Counted from the stretch's first letter, positions 28,193 to 38,675 are shown. The stretch: 64,000 bases of DNA from an uncultured Anaerotignum sp. (GCA_934277605.1 CAKQVD010000003.1:3503-67502); one strand, 5' to 3'. A program made the numbers and translations. The notes: generated from the sequence alone by a model not told the origin.

Positions 28193-28915
28193 GTGGAGCA
28201 GACTTACGAATGGATTCGTCGGGCGCAGGCAGGAGATGCTGCCGCAAAGGACAGACTGCTGCAGGAAAATTCCGGCTTGATTTGGAGCGTGGTGGGACGC
28301 TTTCGGGGACGAGGAGAACAGGAGGACTTATACCAGATTGGCGCCATCGGGCTTTTGAAGTGTATTGATAAATTTGATTTCAGCTATGATGTGAAATTTT
28401 CCACCTATGCCGTCCCCATGATTTTAGGGGAAATCAAACGATTTCTGCGGGATGACGGAACGGTAAAGGTCAGCCGAGGGCTAAAGGAGCTTTCTTGGAG
28501 AGCAAAAAGGGCACAGGAGACTGCATTGCAGGAGGAAAACCGAGAATTAAGCTTACAGGAGCTTGCACAACGGCTTGGCGTGGAGACAGAGGAATTGCTT
28601 TTGGCATTGGAATCTGCGAAGGAGGTGGAAAGCCTATATGCCTCGGCAGACGGCGCAGACGGCGCACTGCAAATCATTGATCGGCTTGCAGATACCACAG
28701 AAAACGAAAAAATGATGGAGCGGCTTTCCTTGATGGAGGCATTGGCGAAGCTGGATGCCAAGCAGCGGCAAATCATCACGATGCGCTATTTTCAAGACCG
28801 CACACAGGCGGATGTGGCAAGGTGCATTGGCATTTCGCAGGTGCAGGTGTCCCGCATTGAAAAACGGGTGCTGTCTGAATTGCGGGAATGCTTACAGGAA
28901 GGGGATGAAAAATGA
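28193..28915 (+). CDS. sigF: RNA polymerase sporulation sigma factor SigF
   Basis: Third gene of the spoIIA operon. Sigma-70 regions 2-4 (DLYQIGAIGLLKCIDKFD, TQADVARCIGISQVQVSRIEKRVL). GTG start behind AAAGGAG. Confidence 0.9.
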   Translation: MEQTYEWIRRAQAGDAAAKDRLLQENSGLIWSVVGRFRGRGEQEDLYQIGAIGLLKCIDKFDFSYDVKFSTYAVPMILGEIKRFLRDDGTVKVSRGLKELSWRAKRAQETALQEENRELSLQELAQRLGVETEELLLALESAKEVESLYASADGADGALQIIDRLADTTENEKMMERLSLMEALAKLDAKQRQIITMRYFQDRTQADVARCIGISQVQVSRIEKRVLSELRECLQEGDEK

Positions 28916-28969
28916 AATGAAAAAGGGTGGGTAAGCAGAGAAACGGGTTCTCATGCAGCCCACCGCTTT

Positions 28970-29344
28970 TTAGTGTAATTTTTTGCCGCATTTGGGGCAA
29001 TAGGCATATTCCGGAGTCAGCAGATAGCCACAGCCGGAGCAATGCACCTCCTGTGCCTGCCCCATGCCGACAATGGTTAAATCCTCCTCCCGTAAGGTCA
29101 CAGCTTCGCCGTGTTCAATGGCCTTCCCCAATTCCCGATCAATGGAATAAACCGTGTGGCAACAGTTGGAAACAGCATAATATTCCTTTCCCCATTTGAA
29201 AAGAGGAATGAAAAAGAAGCTGAAGCAGGTATAGGTCATAAAAACGGAAATACTGCTGTACCGTCCGCATTTTTTGCAAATCATGGTTTGCCGAAACTGT
29301 TCAAATTCCTTTTTCCCTTGAAAGATACCACCAATAAAAAACAT
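28970..29344 (-). CDS. Zinc-ribbon domain membrane protein (zinc_ribbon_15-like)
   Basis: CKKCG..hydrophobic FFFIPLFKW..CSGCGY..CPKCG. Confidence 0.65.
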   Translation of the reverse strand: MFFIGGIFQGKKEFEQFRQTMICKKCGRYSSISVFMTYTCFSFFFIPLFKWGKEYYAVSNCCHTVYSIDRELGKAIEHGEAVTLREEDLTIVGMGQAQEVHCSGCGYLLTPEYAYCPKCGKKLH

Positions 29345-29372
29345 AAAAACACATCCAATCGAAAAGATTTAT

Positions 29373-29401
29373 TTTACAACTCTTGGCTAACATGATAAAA
29401 T
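29373..29401 (+). promoter_or_regulatory. Candidate promoter of the 33-aa peptide gene (TTTACA-17-TAAAAT)
   Basis: TTTACA 29373-29378, TAAAAT 29396-29401. Confidence 0.45.
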
Positions 29402-29443
29402 GATTTCAGATAAAATGCAACTATTTTTAAAGGAGGGGAGAAT

Positions 29444-29545
29444 ATGAAAATTTCTCGCTTGGTTGTAAGTGCAGTCTCTTTGGCTGTTTCCGCAGCATTG
29501 CTGACTCTGAGCATCATTGATTTGATTCGCAGTGATGAATATTGA
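29444..29545 (+). CDS. Small hydrophobic peptide, 33 aa (MKISRLVVSAVSLAVSAALLTLSIIDLIRSDEY)
   Basis: Strong RBS AAAGGAGGGGAG 5 nt before the ATG. Single TM helix with an acidic tail. Own promoter and downstream hairpin. Below the track threshold. Confidence 0.5.
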   Translation: MKISRLVVSAVSLAVSAALLTLSIIDLIRSDEY

Positions 29546-29611
29546 TTTTTGCATAAGAATTGAAAAGCAGGAGAAACTGTGAGCAGTGATTCCGAAAACA
29601 TGAATTTGGCG

Positions 29612-29665
29612 AGAGAAACGCAGCATTTGCAAGATTTTCTTTCGCCAAAACTTTTATTTGTGTAT
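29612..29665 (+). terminator. Probable terminator after the small peptide gene
   Basis: TTGGCGAGAGAAA ... TTTCTTTCGCCAA (one mismatch) followed by AACTTTTATTTG. Confidence 0.5.
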
Positions 29666-29701
29666 TTTTTCGGGAAATCAGCAAATTTTTCCGTTTTTCT
29701 G

Positions 29702-29729
29702 TTGTGTAAAATATAATTTGTGCTATACT
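29702..29729 (+). promoter_or_regulatory. Promoter of gap paralog 1 (TTGTGT-16-TGcTATACT)
   Basis: TTGTGT 29702-29707, TG 29721-29722, TATACT 29724-29729. Confidence 0.55.
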
Positions 29730-29738
29730 ATAAGTAAT

Positions 29739-29776
29739 AGGACATTTCAAATAATGCGATGCGAAAAATGTCCCAC
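29739..29776 (+). promoter_or_regulatory. Operator-like inverted repeat at the predicted +1 of gap paralog 1
   Basis: GGACATTT (29740-29747) and AAATGTCC (29766-29773) form a perfect 8-bp inverted repeat. The 3' arm extends to TGTCCCAC. Confidence 0.45.
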
Positions 29777-29798
29777 GCAAGAAAATACATTTTGTTAG

Positions 29799-30821
<1,023 letters not shown>

Positions 30822-30843
30822 AGCAATCCCGAAAATTTTAAAG

Positions 30844-30870
30844 CCTCGGATGAAAAATCCGAGGTTTTTT
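30844..30870 (+). terminator. Rho-independent terminator after gap paralog 1
   Basis: CCTCGGA / TCCGAGG stem followed by TTTTTT. Confidence 0.85.
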
Positions 30871-30906
30871 GCGTATAAAAACGCAAAAGAATGTCAATCG
30901 GAAAAC

Positions 30907-30966
30907 AGGACAAAAAATGTCCCACTTTTTTGTATACAATCACAAAAGGGACATTAAACGTCCCAC
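30907..30966 (+). promoter_or_regulatory. Two operator-like repeats upstream of gap paralog 2
   Basis: AGGAC-N6-TGTCCCAC (30907-30925) and GGGAC-N6-CGTCCCAC (30948-30966), flanking a TACAAT box at 30935-30940. Confidence 0.45.
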
Positions 30967-31140
30967 AAAAATAGATAAGTTGTCTAAATCATATCCCCTT
31001 CCTATCTTGTTTTCCTGTATAGACTTCTGAAAAATAAAAAAATACAAAATTCTGAGTTTTTTTTGAGCCTAATGTGGTAAAATGAACAGGTAAAAGTTAC
31101 TGGTCATTCCTATTTTTATATATGAGAGGGGAAGAATCTA

Positions 31141-32160
31141 ATGGCAATTAAAGTTGGCATCAATGGTTTTGGTCGTATCGGCAGAGTTGTATTCAGAGTT
31201 CTGATGCAGCGTCAGGATGAATTTGAGCTTTGCGGTATCAACCTGAGAAATGCAGAACTGGACTATATGGCATATCAGTTGAAATATGACTCTATCTTTG
31301 GTCGTTTTGACGGCGAAATCGAAATTGGCGAAAACTGCCTGATTGTAAACGGTCAGAAAATCCGCATCTTCAGCGAAAGCGATGCCTCTCTGATTGAATG
31401 GGCTGAATGTGGCGCAGAATATATCATCGAATCCACAGGTGCATTCAACACAATGGAAAAGGCATCTCTGCATAAAATCGGCGGTGCAAAGAAGGTTATC
31501 CTGACAGCACCCTCCAAGGATGAGGTTACACCCACCTTCGTTGTTGGCGTAAACCATCAGACATACACAAAGGATATGGATATCGTTTCCAACGCATCCT
31601 GCACAACAAACTGCTTGGCACCACTGGTTAAAATCGTAAATGACGCATTTGGTATCGAACAGGGCTTGATGAGCACCATTCACTCCGCAACTGCAAAACA
31701 GAAGGCTGTTGACGCACGTGCAGGCCGTGACTGGAGAACAGGCCGTTCCGTATTCAACAACATCATTCCTTCCACAACAGGTGCGGCAAAGGCTGTGGGC
31801 CGTGTTATTCCCGAACTGAAGGGCAAAATGACAGGTATGTCCTTCCGTGTTCCCACAAACGATGTATCCGTAGTAGACCTGACAGCAAGACTGAAAACAC
31901 CCGCTACATACGAACAGATTTGTGAAAAGATAAAAGAAGCATCCGAAACATACATGAAGGGTATCGTAAAATATACAGAGGATGAAGTTGTTTCCTCCGA
32001 TATGCTGGGCGAATCCAATACCTGTATCTTCGATGCAAAAGCAGGTATCATTCTGGATGATAACTTCGTTAAGCTGATTGCTTGGTATGATAACGAATGG
32101 GGCTACTCCAATAAGGTTGTTGACCTGATTGCACACATGTACGAAGTAGACCACAGATAA
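31141..32160 (+). CDS. gap: Divergent glyceraldehyde-3-phosphate dehydrogenase paralog lacking the NAD-specifying Asp
   Basis: [20 protein letters not shown], catalytic His (STIHS), [17 protein letters not shown] all retained. INLRNAE replaces INDPFID after the second beta-strand. Confidence 0.9.
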   Translation: MAIKVGINGFGRIGRVVFRVLMQRQDEFELCGINLRNAELDYMAYQLKYDSIFGRFDGEIEIGENCLIVNGQKIRIFSESDASLIEWAECGAEYIIESTGAFNTMEKASLHKIGGAKKVILTAPSKDEVTPTFVVGVNHQTYTKDMDIVSNASCTTNCLAPLVKIVNDAFGIEQGLMSTIHSATAKQKAVDARAGRDWRTGRSVFNNIIPSTTGAAKAVGRVIPELKGKMTGMSFRVPTNDVSVVDLTARLKTPATYEQICEKIKEASETYMKGIVKYTEDEVVSSDMLGESNTCIFDAKAGIILDDNFVKLIAWYDNEWGYSNKVVDLIAHMYEVDHR

Positions 32161-32171
32161 TTTCAGACAAT

Positions 32172-32210
32172 AAAAAACCTTGGCTCTGTGAAATGAGTCA
32201 AGGTTTTTTT
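32172..32210. terminator. Bidirectional terminator between gap paralog 2 and kdpE
   Basis: AAAAAACCTTGGCTC ... GAGTCAAGGTTTTTTT. Confidence 0.8.
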
Positions 32211-32224
32211 GTTTTGGAAATAAA

Positions 32225-32923
32225 TTAGGGAGTATCCGCCATGCGATACCCAACGCCAACCTCTGTAAAAATATATTCGGGGGAGGCGGGGTTTTTCTCC
32301 AGCTTTCTGCGGATATTTGCCATGTTGACACGCAAGATCTGGTTATCCTTTACAGCATAAGGCCCCCAAAGCTCTGTGATAATGTAATCGTATGTAAGCA
32401 CACGGCCGGCACTTTTTGCCAAAAGAGAAACGATTTTAAATTCAATCTGCGTCAGATGAACGTCCTTTCCGTCAACGGTAATTCTCCGCTTATCAAAATC
32501 AATCGTCAATCCCTTTGTGGAAAAAATGCTGTTGCTTTGGCTGCTGTTGTTTTTGGCACTATGCCGCAGGGCAGTACGGATACGAGCCAACAGCTCGGAT
32601 GTGCCGAAGGGCTTGGAAATATAGTCATCCGCACCCAAATCCAACGCCTCAACCTTATCGGATTCTTCCCCTCTGGCAGAAACCACAATAACGGGAGTGG
32701 AGGACCATTCTCTGATTTTTTTCAGAATTTCAATGCCATCCATATCGGGCAGCCCCAAATCCAACAAAATGAGGTCGGGACAGTGAGAGGGAATCATAGA
32801 AAGGGCCTGACTGGCTGTTTTTGCCAGCAATGGAGCATAGGTGTTTGCTTTCAATGTTGTTGCAATGAAGTTGCTGATCGCATCCTCATCTTCAATGATC
32901 ATTACCTTGATTTTATTAGGCAT
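32225..32923 (-). CDS. kdpE: OmpR-family response regulator, KdpE-like
   Basis: Receiver domain (LILLDLGLPDMDG, VIVVSAR, DDYISKPF) plus winged-helix output domain. Overlaps the kinase gene stop. Confidence 0.75.
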   Translation of the reverse strand: MPNKIKVMIIEDEDAISNFIATTLKANTYAPLLAKTASQALSMIPSHCPDLILLDLGLPDMDGIEILKKIREWSSTPVIVVSARGEESDKVEALDLGADDYISKPFGTSELLARIRTALRHSAKNNSSQSNSIFSTKGLTIDFDKRRITVDGKDVHLTQIEFKIVSLLAKSAGRVLTYDYIITELWGPYAVKDNQILRVNMANIRRKLEKNPASPEYIFTEVGVGYRMADTP

Positions 32924-34472
32924 AGTCAGAATCTCCTTTCATTGGCAGAACAAAGGTAAAGCTTGCGCCGCCGTTCAAATTGTTTTTTGCAAAGATTTTG
33001 CCATCATGGGCAAGAATGATGGATTTACAAATGGAAAGGCCAATGCCGATTCCTCTTGTAGAATCGCCGGAGCCCTGTTGGGATTTTCCGTCAAAGATAT
33101 CCGGAATGCAGGAGGGATCAATTCCCTTGCCATGATCGGAAATGGTAAAGACGGCACCGCTTTTTTTCTTGGATACCCGCAGCCCAATGGGGGCGGTACT
33201 GCCGGAATGGCGAATGGCATTTTCCATCAGATTGATGAGCACCTGCTCAATCAGCGTTGCATCCATCGGCACAATGAGCACTTCATGGGGAACCTCGACA
33301 TCCACAACAGAGTCGGGGAAGCGCTTGCGGATTCTGCCGACAGCCTCGCCGACAACCTCCTCTATCATTTCATTCTGCTTTTTCAAATTTGTGGTTCCGC
33401 CTGTGATTTTTGTGACGGAAAGCAGATTTTCAACCATGTGAATCAACCATTCTGCATCATGCTGAATATCGGTCAGCATTTTTTTGGAATCTGTGGAATC
33501 AATTTTTGTTCCGTTTTCCAAAAGCGTTGTTGCAGAACCAATGATACCCGTTAAGGGTGTGCGCAGGTCATGCGAAACCGCACGCAGAAGGTTACTGCGC
33601 ATTTTTTCCTTTTCTGTTTCCAGAAGAACCTCCTGCGCTTTTTTTCTTGCCTGCTGTCTTTGCAGAGCCAAAATGGTCTGCGAAATCATAACATTGATAA
33701 AGCTGAAGGTATCATCCAGCAGGAGCTTGCTTTCGTCAAAAATCAGCCCGACAACACCATAAATCTTATCCCCTGCGCTGATTGGAAAGTAGGTGCCCTT
33801 GCAGTTTTGCGTGCCGGATTCCACCTCCGCACCGGCAGGGCACATGGTATCATAGGCCTTTTGTGCAACCTGCTTTTCCAAAAAGCTATACAGCAAGCGC
33901 TCATCCTTTTCGTTGATTGTGCGTATGGTCTGATGTTTCGGCTGCAAGGGGGGGCCTGCATACAGGATCACGCTGCATTGATTCGTTTCGGAAAAATATT
34001 CTGCAGCCATATCAACAATTGTTTCCACATCTCCGGCAGAAAGAATTGCCTTACTCATTTCTGTCAGAATTTCCGCACGCTTCTTGCCTGCGGCAGAGAA
34101 CAGGGCAGCCATCTTAACCTTTGCTGTCACAAAGCTTGTCAAAATAGCCATCAGCAGCATCATGGAAAAGGTTACGGGGTAGCCTGTGATGGAAAAGTTC
34201 AGAGCGAAATAGGGGAAGGTGAAGAAAAAGTTTACACCGATAACCCCGCCGATAGAGGCAATGACACCCCAAAAATATCCGCTGGTCAGGTAAGCAATAA
34301 AGGCGACGGCCAGCATATATACCCCGAAAATGTTATCATCCAATACAGCAGCACCGTTTAGGCATAAAGCAACACAGGTAGCTATCAAGTAGACGACACC
34401 TGTTCGGATAAAATCCCGAAATAATACAGAAGGATTGAACGTATTCAATATTCTTTTGAGTCTTTTTTTCAT
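32916..34472 (-). CDS. Sensor histidine kinase, KdpD C-terminal-type (DUF4118 TM module, GAF-like, HisKA, HATPase) lacking the N-terminal KdpD/Usp sensor domains
   Basis: Four N-terminal TM helices, H-box SHDLRTPLT, N-box NLMENAIRH, G-boxes DHGKGI and GIGIGLSICK. 518 aa. Confidence 0.8.
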   Translation of the reverse strand: MKKRLKRILNTFNPSVLFRDFIRTGVVYLIATCVALCLNGAAVLDDNIFGVYMLAVAFIAYLTSGYFWGVIASIGGVIGVNFFFTFPYFALNFSITGYPVTFSMMLLMAILTSFVTAKVKMAALFSAAGKKRAEILTEMSKAILSAGDVETIVDMAAEYFSETNQCSVILYAGPPLQPKHQTIRTINEKDERLLYSFLEKQVAQKAYDTMCPAGAEVESGTQNCKGTYFPISAGDKIYGVVGLIFDESKLLLDDTFSFINVMISQTILALQRQQARKKAQEVLLETEKEKMRSNLLRAVSHDLRTPLTGIIGSATTLLENGTKIDSTDSKKMLTDIQHDAEWLIHMVENLLSVTKITGGTTNLKKQNEMIEEVVGEAVGRIRKRFPDSVVDVEVPHEVLIVPMDATLIEQVLINLMENAIRHSGSTAPIGLRVSKKKSGAVFTISDHGKGIDPSCIPDIFDGKSQQGSGDSTRGIGIGLSICKSIILAHDGKIFAKNNLNGGASFTFVLPMKGDSDYA

Positions 34473-34609
34473 ATTAGTTCTCCAATCCGTTTTTGTTAGT
34501 GTTTCTTCCTATTATACAACACTTTTCATGGAAAAGAAATGGAGAAGTTCTCTTTCATGGGAAAATATGGTTTGGCAGTCGAAAAAAGAGGAAAAGAGGG
34601 GTTTGTGCA

Positions 34610-34638
34610 TTGCAAAGGGGAAATGACTTTGTTATAAT
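34610..34638 (+). promoter_or_regulatory. Promoter (TTGCAA-17-TGtTATAAT) of the decarboxylase gene
   Basis: TTGCAA 34610-34615, TATAAT 34633-34638 with upstream TG. Confidence 0.6.
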
Positions 34639-34675
34639 AGAAAAAGTATAGCTAAATTTTAGATAAAGGAGAACC

Positions 34676-35938
34676 ATGCAAATGAAAAAACCTTTTGTTA
34701 CATTAGAACAGGCAAAAAAAATAATCGAAAAATATCCGACACCCTTTCATATTTATGATGAAAAGGGGATTCGTGAAAATGCAAGAAAGGTAAATGCCGC
34801 ATTTTCTTGGAATAAAGGCTTTAGAGAATATTTTGCGGTAAAGGCAACGCCGACACCCGGCATCCTGCAAATCCTGAAGGAAGAGGGCTGTGGTGCGGAT
34901 TGCTCCTCCTATACGGAGCTGATGTTGGCTGAGGCAGTTGGGCAGACAGGGCATGATATCATGTTTTCCTCCAACGTAACGCCTGCGGAGGACTTTATTA
35001 AGGCGGCGGAATTGGGTGCAATCATCAACTTCGATGATATCACACATATTCCTTTTTATGAAAGGCTGGCGAAGATTCCCGAAACCGTTTCCTGCCGTTA
35101 TAATCCCGGTGGTGTGTTCCAAGTAAGCAACAGCATTATGGATAACCCGGGGGATGCAAAATACGGCATGACAAAGGCGCAGATGAAGGAAGCCTTTCAA
35201 ATGCTGAAGGAAAAGGGTGCAAAGCACTTTGGGATTCATTCCTTTTTGGCAAGCAACACAACCTCCAATGACTACTATCCGATGCTGGCAAAGGTTATCT
35301 TTGAATTGGCGGTAGAGCTGAAAAAAGAATTGGATATTCATATTGCGTTTATCAATCTTTCCGGCGGGGTTGGTGTTCCCTATGAGCCTGATGATTTTGC
35401 GTGCGATATTATGGCCATCGGTGAGGGCGTAAGAAAGGTCTATGAAGAAATTTTGACACCCGAAGGCATGGATGATGTTGCAATTTATACAGAAATGGGA
35501 CGTTATATGCTTGCACCCTATGGTGCATTGCTTGCAACGGCTATCCATGAAAAGCATACCCATAAGGAATATATCGGCTTGGATGCGTGTGCGGCAAACC
35601 TGATGCGTCCCGCAATGTATGGCTCCTATCATCATATCACTGTGTTGGGCAAGGAAAATGCTCCCTGCGACCATAAATATGATGTGACAGGCGGCTTATG
35701 TGAAAACAATGATAAATTTGCGATTGACCGTATGCTCCCGAAAATTGATATCGGCGATATTATTTATATCCACGATACAGGCGCACATGGTCATGCAATG
35801 GGATATAACTATAACGGCAAGCTGCGTTCCGCAGAACTGCTGCTGAAGGAGGACGGCAGTGTGGAGATGATTCGCAGAGCGGAAACCCCTGCGGATTATT
35901 TTGCAACACTTGATTTTACAGGCTTATTGAAGGCATAA
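34676..35938 (+). CDS. lysA: PLP-dependent Orn/DAP/Arg decarboxylase family protein, most like diaminopimelate decarboxylase
   Basis: PLP-lysine context FAVKATP, GGVGVPY, EMGRY, GGLCENND. Confidence 0.6.
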   Translation: MQMKKPFVTLEQAKKIIEKYPTPFHIYDEKGIRENARKVNAAFSWNKGFREYFAVKATPTPGILQILKEEGCGADCSSYTELMLAEAVGQTGHDIMFSSNVTPAEDFIKAAELGAIINFDDITHIPFYERLAKIPETVSCRYNPGGVFQVSNSIMDNPGDAKYGMTKAQMKEAFQMLKEKGAKHFGIHSFLASNTTSNDYYPMLAKVIFELAVELKKELDIHIAFINLSGGVGVPYEPDDFACDIMAIGEGVRKVYEEILTPEGMDDVAIYTEMGRYMLAPYGALLATAIHEKHTHKEYIGLDACAANLMRPAMYGSYHHITVLGKENAPCDHKYDVTGGLCENNDKFAIDRMLPKIDIGDIIYIHDTGAHGHAMGYNYNGKLRSAELLLKEDGSVEMIRRAETPADYFATLDFTGLLKA

Positions 35939-35983
35939 AAAAGCCCTCCCAATCGGATTTTTGAAGGGAAAAGAGGGAGAAAT

Positions 35984-36865
35984 GTGACAGCACAAAAGAA
36001 AAAGGTTATTGGATATAGCCTTTTTACCATATTTTTATGGGCATCGGCCTATCCGCTGACAAAAATTGCACAGACACATTATACGGTTGTCCCTTTGGCA
36101 TTTCTCCGCAGCTTTATCGCAGGGGTTTTTATGCTTGTTATTGGAAAAATACAGGGTATGTCTATGCCACAGAAAAAGCATATCCCATTATTTTTGTTTT
36201 CCGGTGCATTGGGCTATGTGATCTATACAGTGGCAATGAATATCGGCCTGCAAACCCTGCCATCTGCCACCTGCAGCCTTTTGGTTGCAACCTCTCCGAT
36301 TATGACAGCCATGATTGCCGCAAGGGTGTATCAGGAAAAAATCGGGTTGGTCAGTTGGATTTCCATTTTTGTCGCCTTTCTGGGTGTTGTGATTCTTCTG
36401 CTTTGGAACAGCCACGGCACATTTTCCATAGATGCGGCAATGCTTTGGATGCTCCTTTCGGCTGCATCCTGGGCAGGCTATAACATTATGACAAGAAAGC
36501 TGGTTGCTCTGGGCTATACTTCCATGCAAATCACTTGCTTTAGCATGCTTGGGGCGGCATTTTGGCTTTGCCTTTCGGCAGGAGAGGGCTTTCGGGAAAT
36601 GGCAACGGGCGAATGGCGGCTTTTTTGGGTGCTGCTCTATCTTGCCATTATTTCCAATGCGATTGGCTGTATCCTTTGGGGAAAGGCAATGACTTATGCG
36701 GAAAAAACAAGCGAGGTTGCGAATTTTATGTTTCTTTCGCCGCTGCTTTCTGCTACAATGAGCTTTCTTTTGCTGCATGAGGTGCCGGGAATCGGAACCT
36801 TTGTCGGCGGTGCAATTATCATTTGCGGCTTGCTGCTCTTTAATCTGAAGGGACAGAAAAAATAG
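35984..36865 (+). CDS. DMT-superfamily (EamA) transporter
   Basis: About 10 TM helices in two EamA-like halves. GTG start behind GAGGGAG. Confidence 0.75.
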   Translation: MTAQKKKVIGYSLFTIFLWASAYPLTKIAQTHYTVVPLAFLRSFIAGVFMLVIGKIQGMSMPQKKHIPLFLFSGALGYVIYTVAMNIGLQTLPSATCSLLVATSPIMTAMIAARVYQEKIGLVSWISIFVAFLGVVILLLWNSHGTFSIDAAMLWMLLSAASWAGYNIMTRKLVALGYTSMQITCFSMLGAAFWLCLSAGEGFREMATGEWRLFWVLLYLAIISNAIGCILWGKAMTYAEKTSEVANFMFLSPLLSATMSFLLLHEVPGIGTFVGGAIIICGLLLFNLKGQKK

Positions 36866-36871
36866 ACATAT

Positions 36872-36913
36872 AAAAAGGATAAATCCGAATCATGCGGATT
36901 TATCCCTTTTTTG
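36872..36913. terminator. Bidirectional terminator
   Basis: GGATAAATCCG / CGGATTTATCC 11-bp stem flanked by an A-run and a T-run. Confidence 0.85.
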
Positions 36914-36932
36914 TTTGTATGATTTGCTTTTA

Positions 36933-38369
36933 TTAGTATGCTCTGCCCCAGTAAACCATGTGCTTTGCAGGCTTGCCACAGCATACGCAGACATCGGAAA
37001 TCTGCTCCTGTTCAAAAGGAATACATCTGCTGGTTGCAGCTGTTTTTTCTTTGATTTCATCTTCACAGGCTTGGTCGCCGCACCACATAGCCTTGATAAA
37101 GCCGGGAGTTTCGTTGATGGTTTTTTCAAATTCATCCATTGTCTTTGCAATGTAGGTTCTGGATTCACGGTGTTCGGTTGCTTTTTTCAGCATATTTTCG
37201 TGAATTTCATCCAGAAGGGCAGGAACCCTTGTTTCCAGCTCATCCAGAGAAACAAAAATCTTTTCGCCTGTATCTCGTCTTGCCAGAACGCACTGATTCT
37301 GTTCAATATCCTTAGGGCCGATTTCCAGACGAACGGGAATCCCCTTCATTTCATATTCGGAGAATTTCCAGCCTGCGGATTTATCGGAATCATCCAATTT
37401 CACACGGCAAACCTTTGCCAGTCTGTTTTTCAGCTCGGCAGCCTTTTCCAAAACGCCTTCCTTTTTCTGTGCGATAGGAACAATCATAACCTGTGTGGGT
37501 GCAATGCGAGGAGGCAGAACCAAGCCGCTGTTGTCCCCATGCACCATGATGATTGCACCAATCATACGGGTTGTCATGCCCCAGCTTGTCTGATGCACAT
37601 ACTGAAGCTTATTCTCCTTATCCGTATATTGAATACCAAAGGCATGTGCAAAGCCATCGCCAAAGTTATGGCTTGTGCCGGACTGCAGCGCCTTCCCATC
37701 ATGCATCAAAGATTCAATGGTAAAGGTGTGTGCTGCACCTGCGAAGCGTTCCTTTGCTGTCTTTTCGCCCTTCACAACGGGAATGGCAAGCACATCACGG
37801 CAGAAATCCGCATATACATTCAGCATTTGAATGGTTCTTTCCTGCGCCTCCTCTGCGGTTGCGTGTGCAGTATGGCCCTCCTGCCACAAAAATTCCATGG
37901 TTCTCAGGAAGGGGCGTGTTGTTTTTTCCCAACGAACAACGGAGCACCACTGGTTATACAGCTTAGGCAAATCTCTGTAGGACTGAACAATGTTTGCGTA
38001 ATGCTCACAGAACAGAGTTTCGGAGGTGGGGCGCACACAAATGCGTTCCTCCAGCTTCTTTTCGCCGCCGTGGGTAACCCATGCAACCTCGGGCGCAAAG
38101 CCTTCTACATGGTCCTTTTCCTTCTGCAGCAGGCTTTCGGGAATGAACATGGGCATATATACATTTTCCACGCCTGTTTCTTTGAAACGGTCATCCAGTT
38201 GTCTTTGCAGCAGCTCCCAGATAGCGTAGCCGTAGGGGCGGATAATCATGCAGCCCTTCAAGCTGGAATATGCGGTTAAGTCCGCTTTTTTAACAACGTC
38301 AGTATACCACTGGGGAAAATCCACTTCCATATCGGTAATGGATTCTACAAATTTCTTTTCTTTTGCCAT
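36933..38369 (-). CDS. proS: Proline--tRNA ligase (archaeal/eukaryote-like type without INS editing domain, C-terminal zinc-binding domain)
   Basis: Class II aaRS motifs. 478 aa. C-terminal [23 protein letters not shown] ending in the conserved Tyr. Confidence 0.92.
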   Translation of the reverse strand: MAKEKKFVESITDMEVDFPQWYTDVVKKADLTAYSSLKGCMIIRPYGYAIWELLQRQLDDRFKETGVENVYMPMFIPESLLQKEKDHVEGFAPEVAWVTHGGEKKLEERICVRPTSETLFCEHYANIVQSYRDLPKLYNQWCSVVRWEKTTRPFLRTMEFLWQEGHTAHATAEEAQERTIQMLNVYADFCRDVLAIPVVKGEKTAKERFAGAAHTFTIESLMHDGKALQSGTSHNFGDGFAHAFGIQYTDKENKLQYVHQTSWGMTTRMIGAIIMVHGDNSGLVLPPRIAPTQVMIVPIAQKKEGVLEKAAELKNRLAKVCRVKLDDSDKSAGWKFSEYEMKGIPVRLEIGPKDIEQNQCVLARRDTGEKIFVSLDELETRVPALLDEIHENMLKKATEHRESRTYIAKTMDEFEKTINETPGFIKAMWCGDQACEDEIKEKTAATSRCIPFEQEQISDVCVCCGKPAKHMVYWGRAY

Positions 38370-38399
38370 TTTGTTTCCTCCTTAAAACTTTTTGCACAG

Positions 38400-38639
38400 A
38401 GAAGCCTTGTGAAATAAAAAAAGCCTTCATCCCCATAAAAAGGGACCAAGGTCATTCGGCGGTGCCACCCTCATTGATGATAATTCATCCTCTCGAAAGC
38501 CGTTAACGCCGAGCTACGCCGCATTTTCCCTACGGAACTCAAGGGGTAGGTTCAAAAAGGGTTGCCAAGGCTCGCATCAACCGCCTATTTTCTGGGGGCA
38601 AGGGTACTTTTTTACTATTCCCTGTCATTGTTTTTCATC
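38400..38639 (-). promoter_or_regulatory. T-box riboswitch leader, proline specifier CCU, with terminator
   Basis: On the minus strand: T-box core AATGAGGGTGGCACCGCC (plus-strand 38458-38475). Specifier context GAA-CCT-A (CCT at 38548-38550). K-turn/AGTA-like 5' elements and F-box-like CGTTA. Terminator stem at 38423-38451 followed by a U7 run (38416-38422). Confidence 0.85.
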
Positions 38640-38645
38640 TTTATA

Positions 38646-38675
38646 ATGATACCCCGAAAAAGTGGGCTGTGTCAA
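38646..38675 (-). promoter_or_regulatory. Promoter of the proS T-box leader (TTGACA-18-TATCAT)
   Basis: Minus-strand TTGACA at 38670-38675 and TATCAT at 38646-38651. Confidence 0.5.

Noticed and set aside
29579-29716. 45-codon GTG ORF after the 33-aa peptide gene
   Set aside because: It runs straight through the predicted terminator hairpin (29612-29665) and the gap promoter. The composition is unconvincing.
34473-34675. Looked for a lysine (L-box) riboswitch before the lysA-like gene; also the 63-aa ORF at 34435-34626
   Set aside because: The promoter at 34610-34638 leaves a leader of only ~35 nt. The 63-aa ORF overlaps the kinase gene start and has no RBS.
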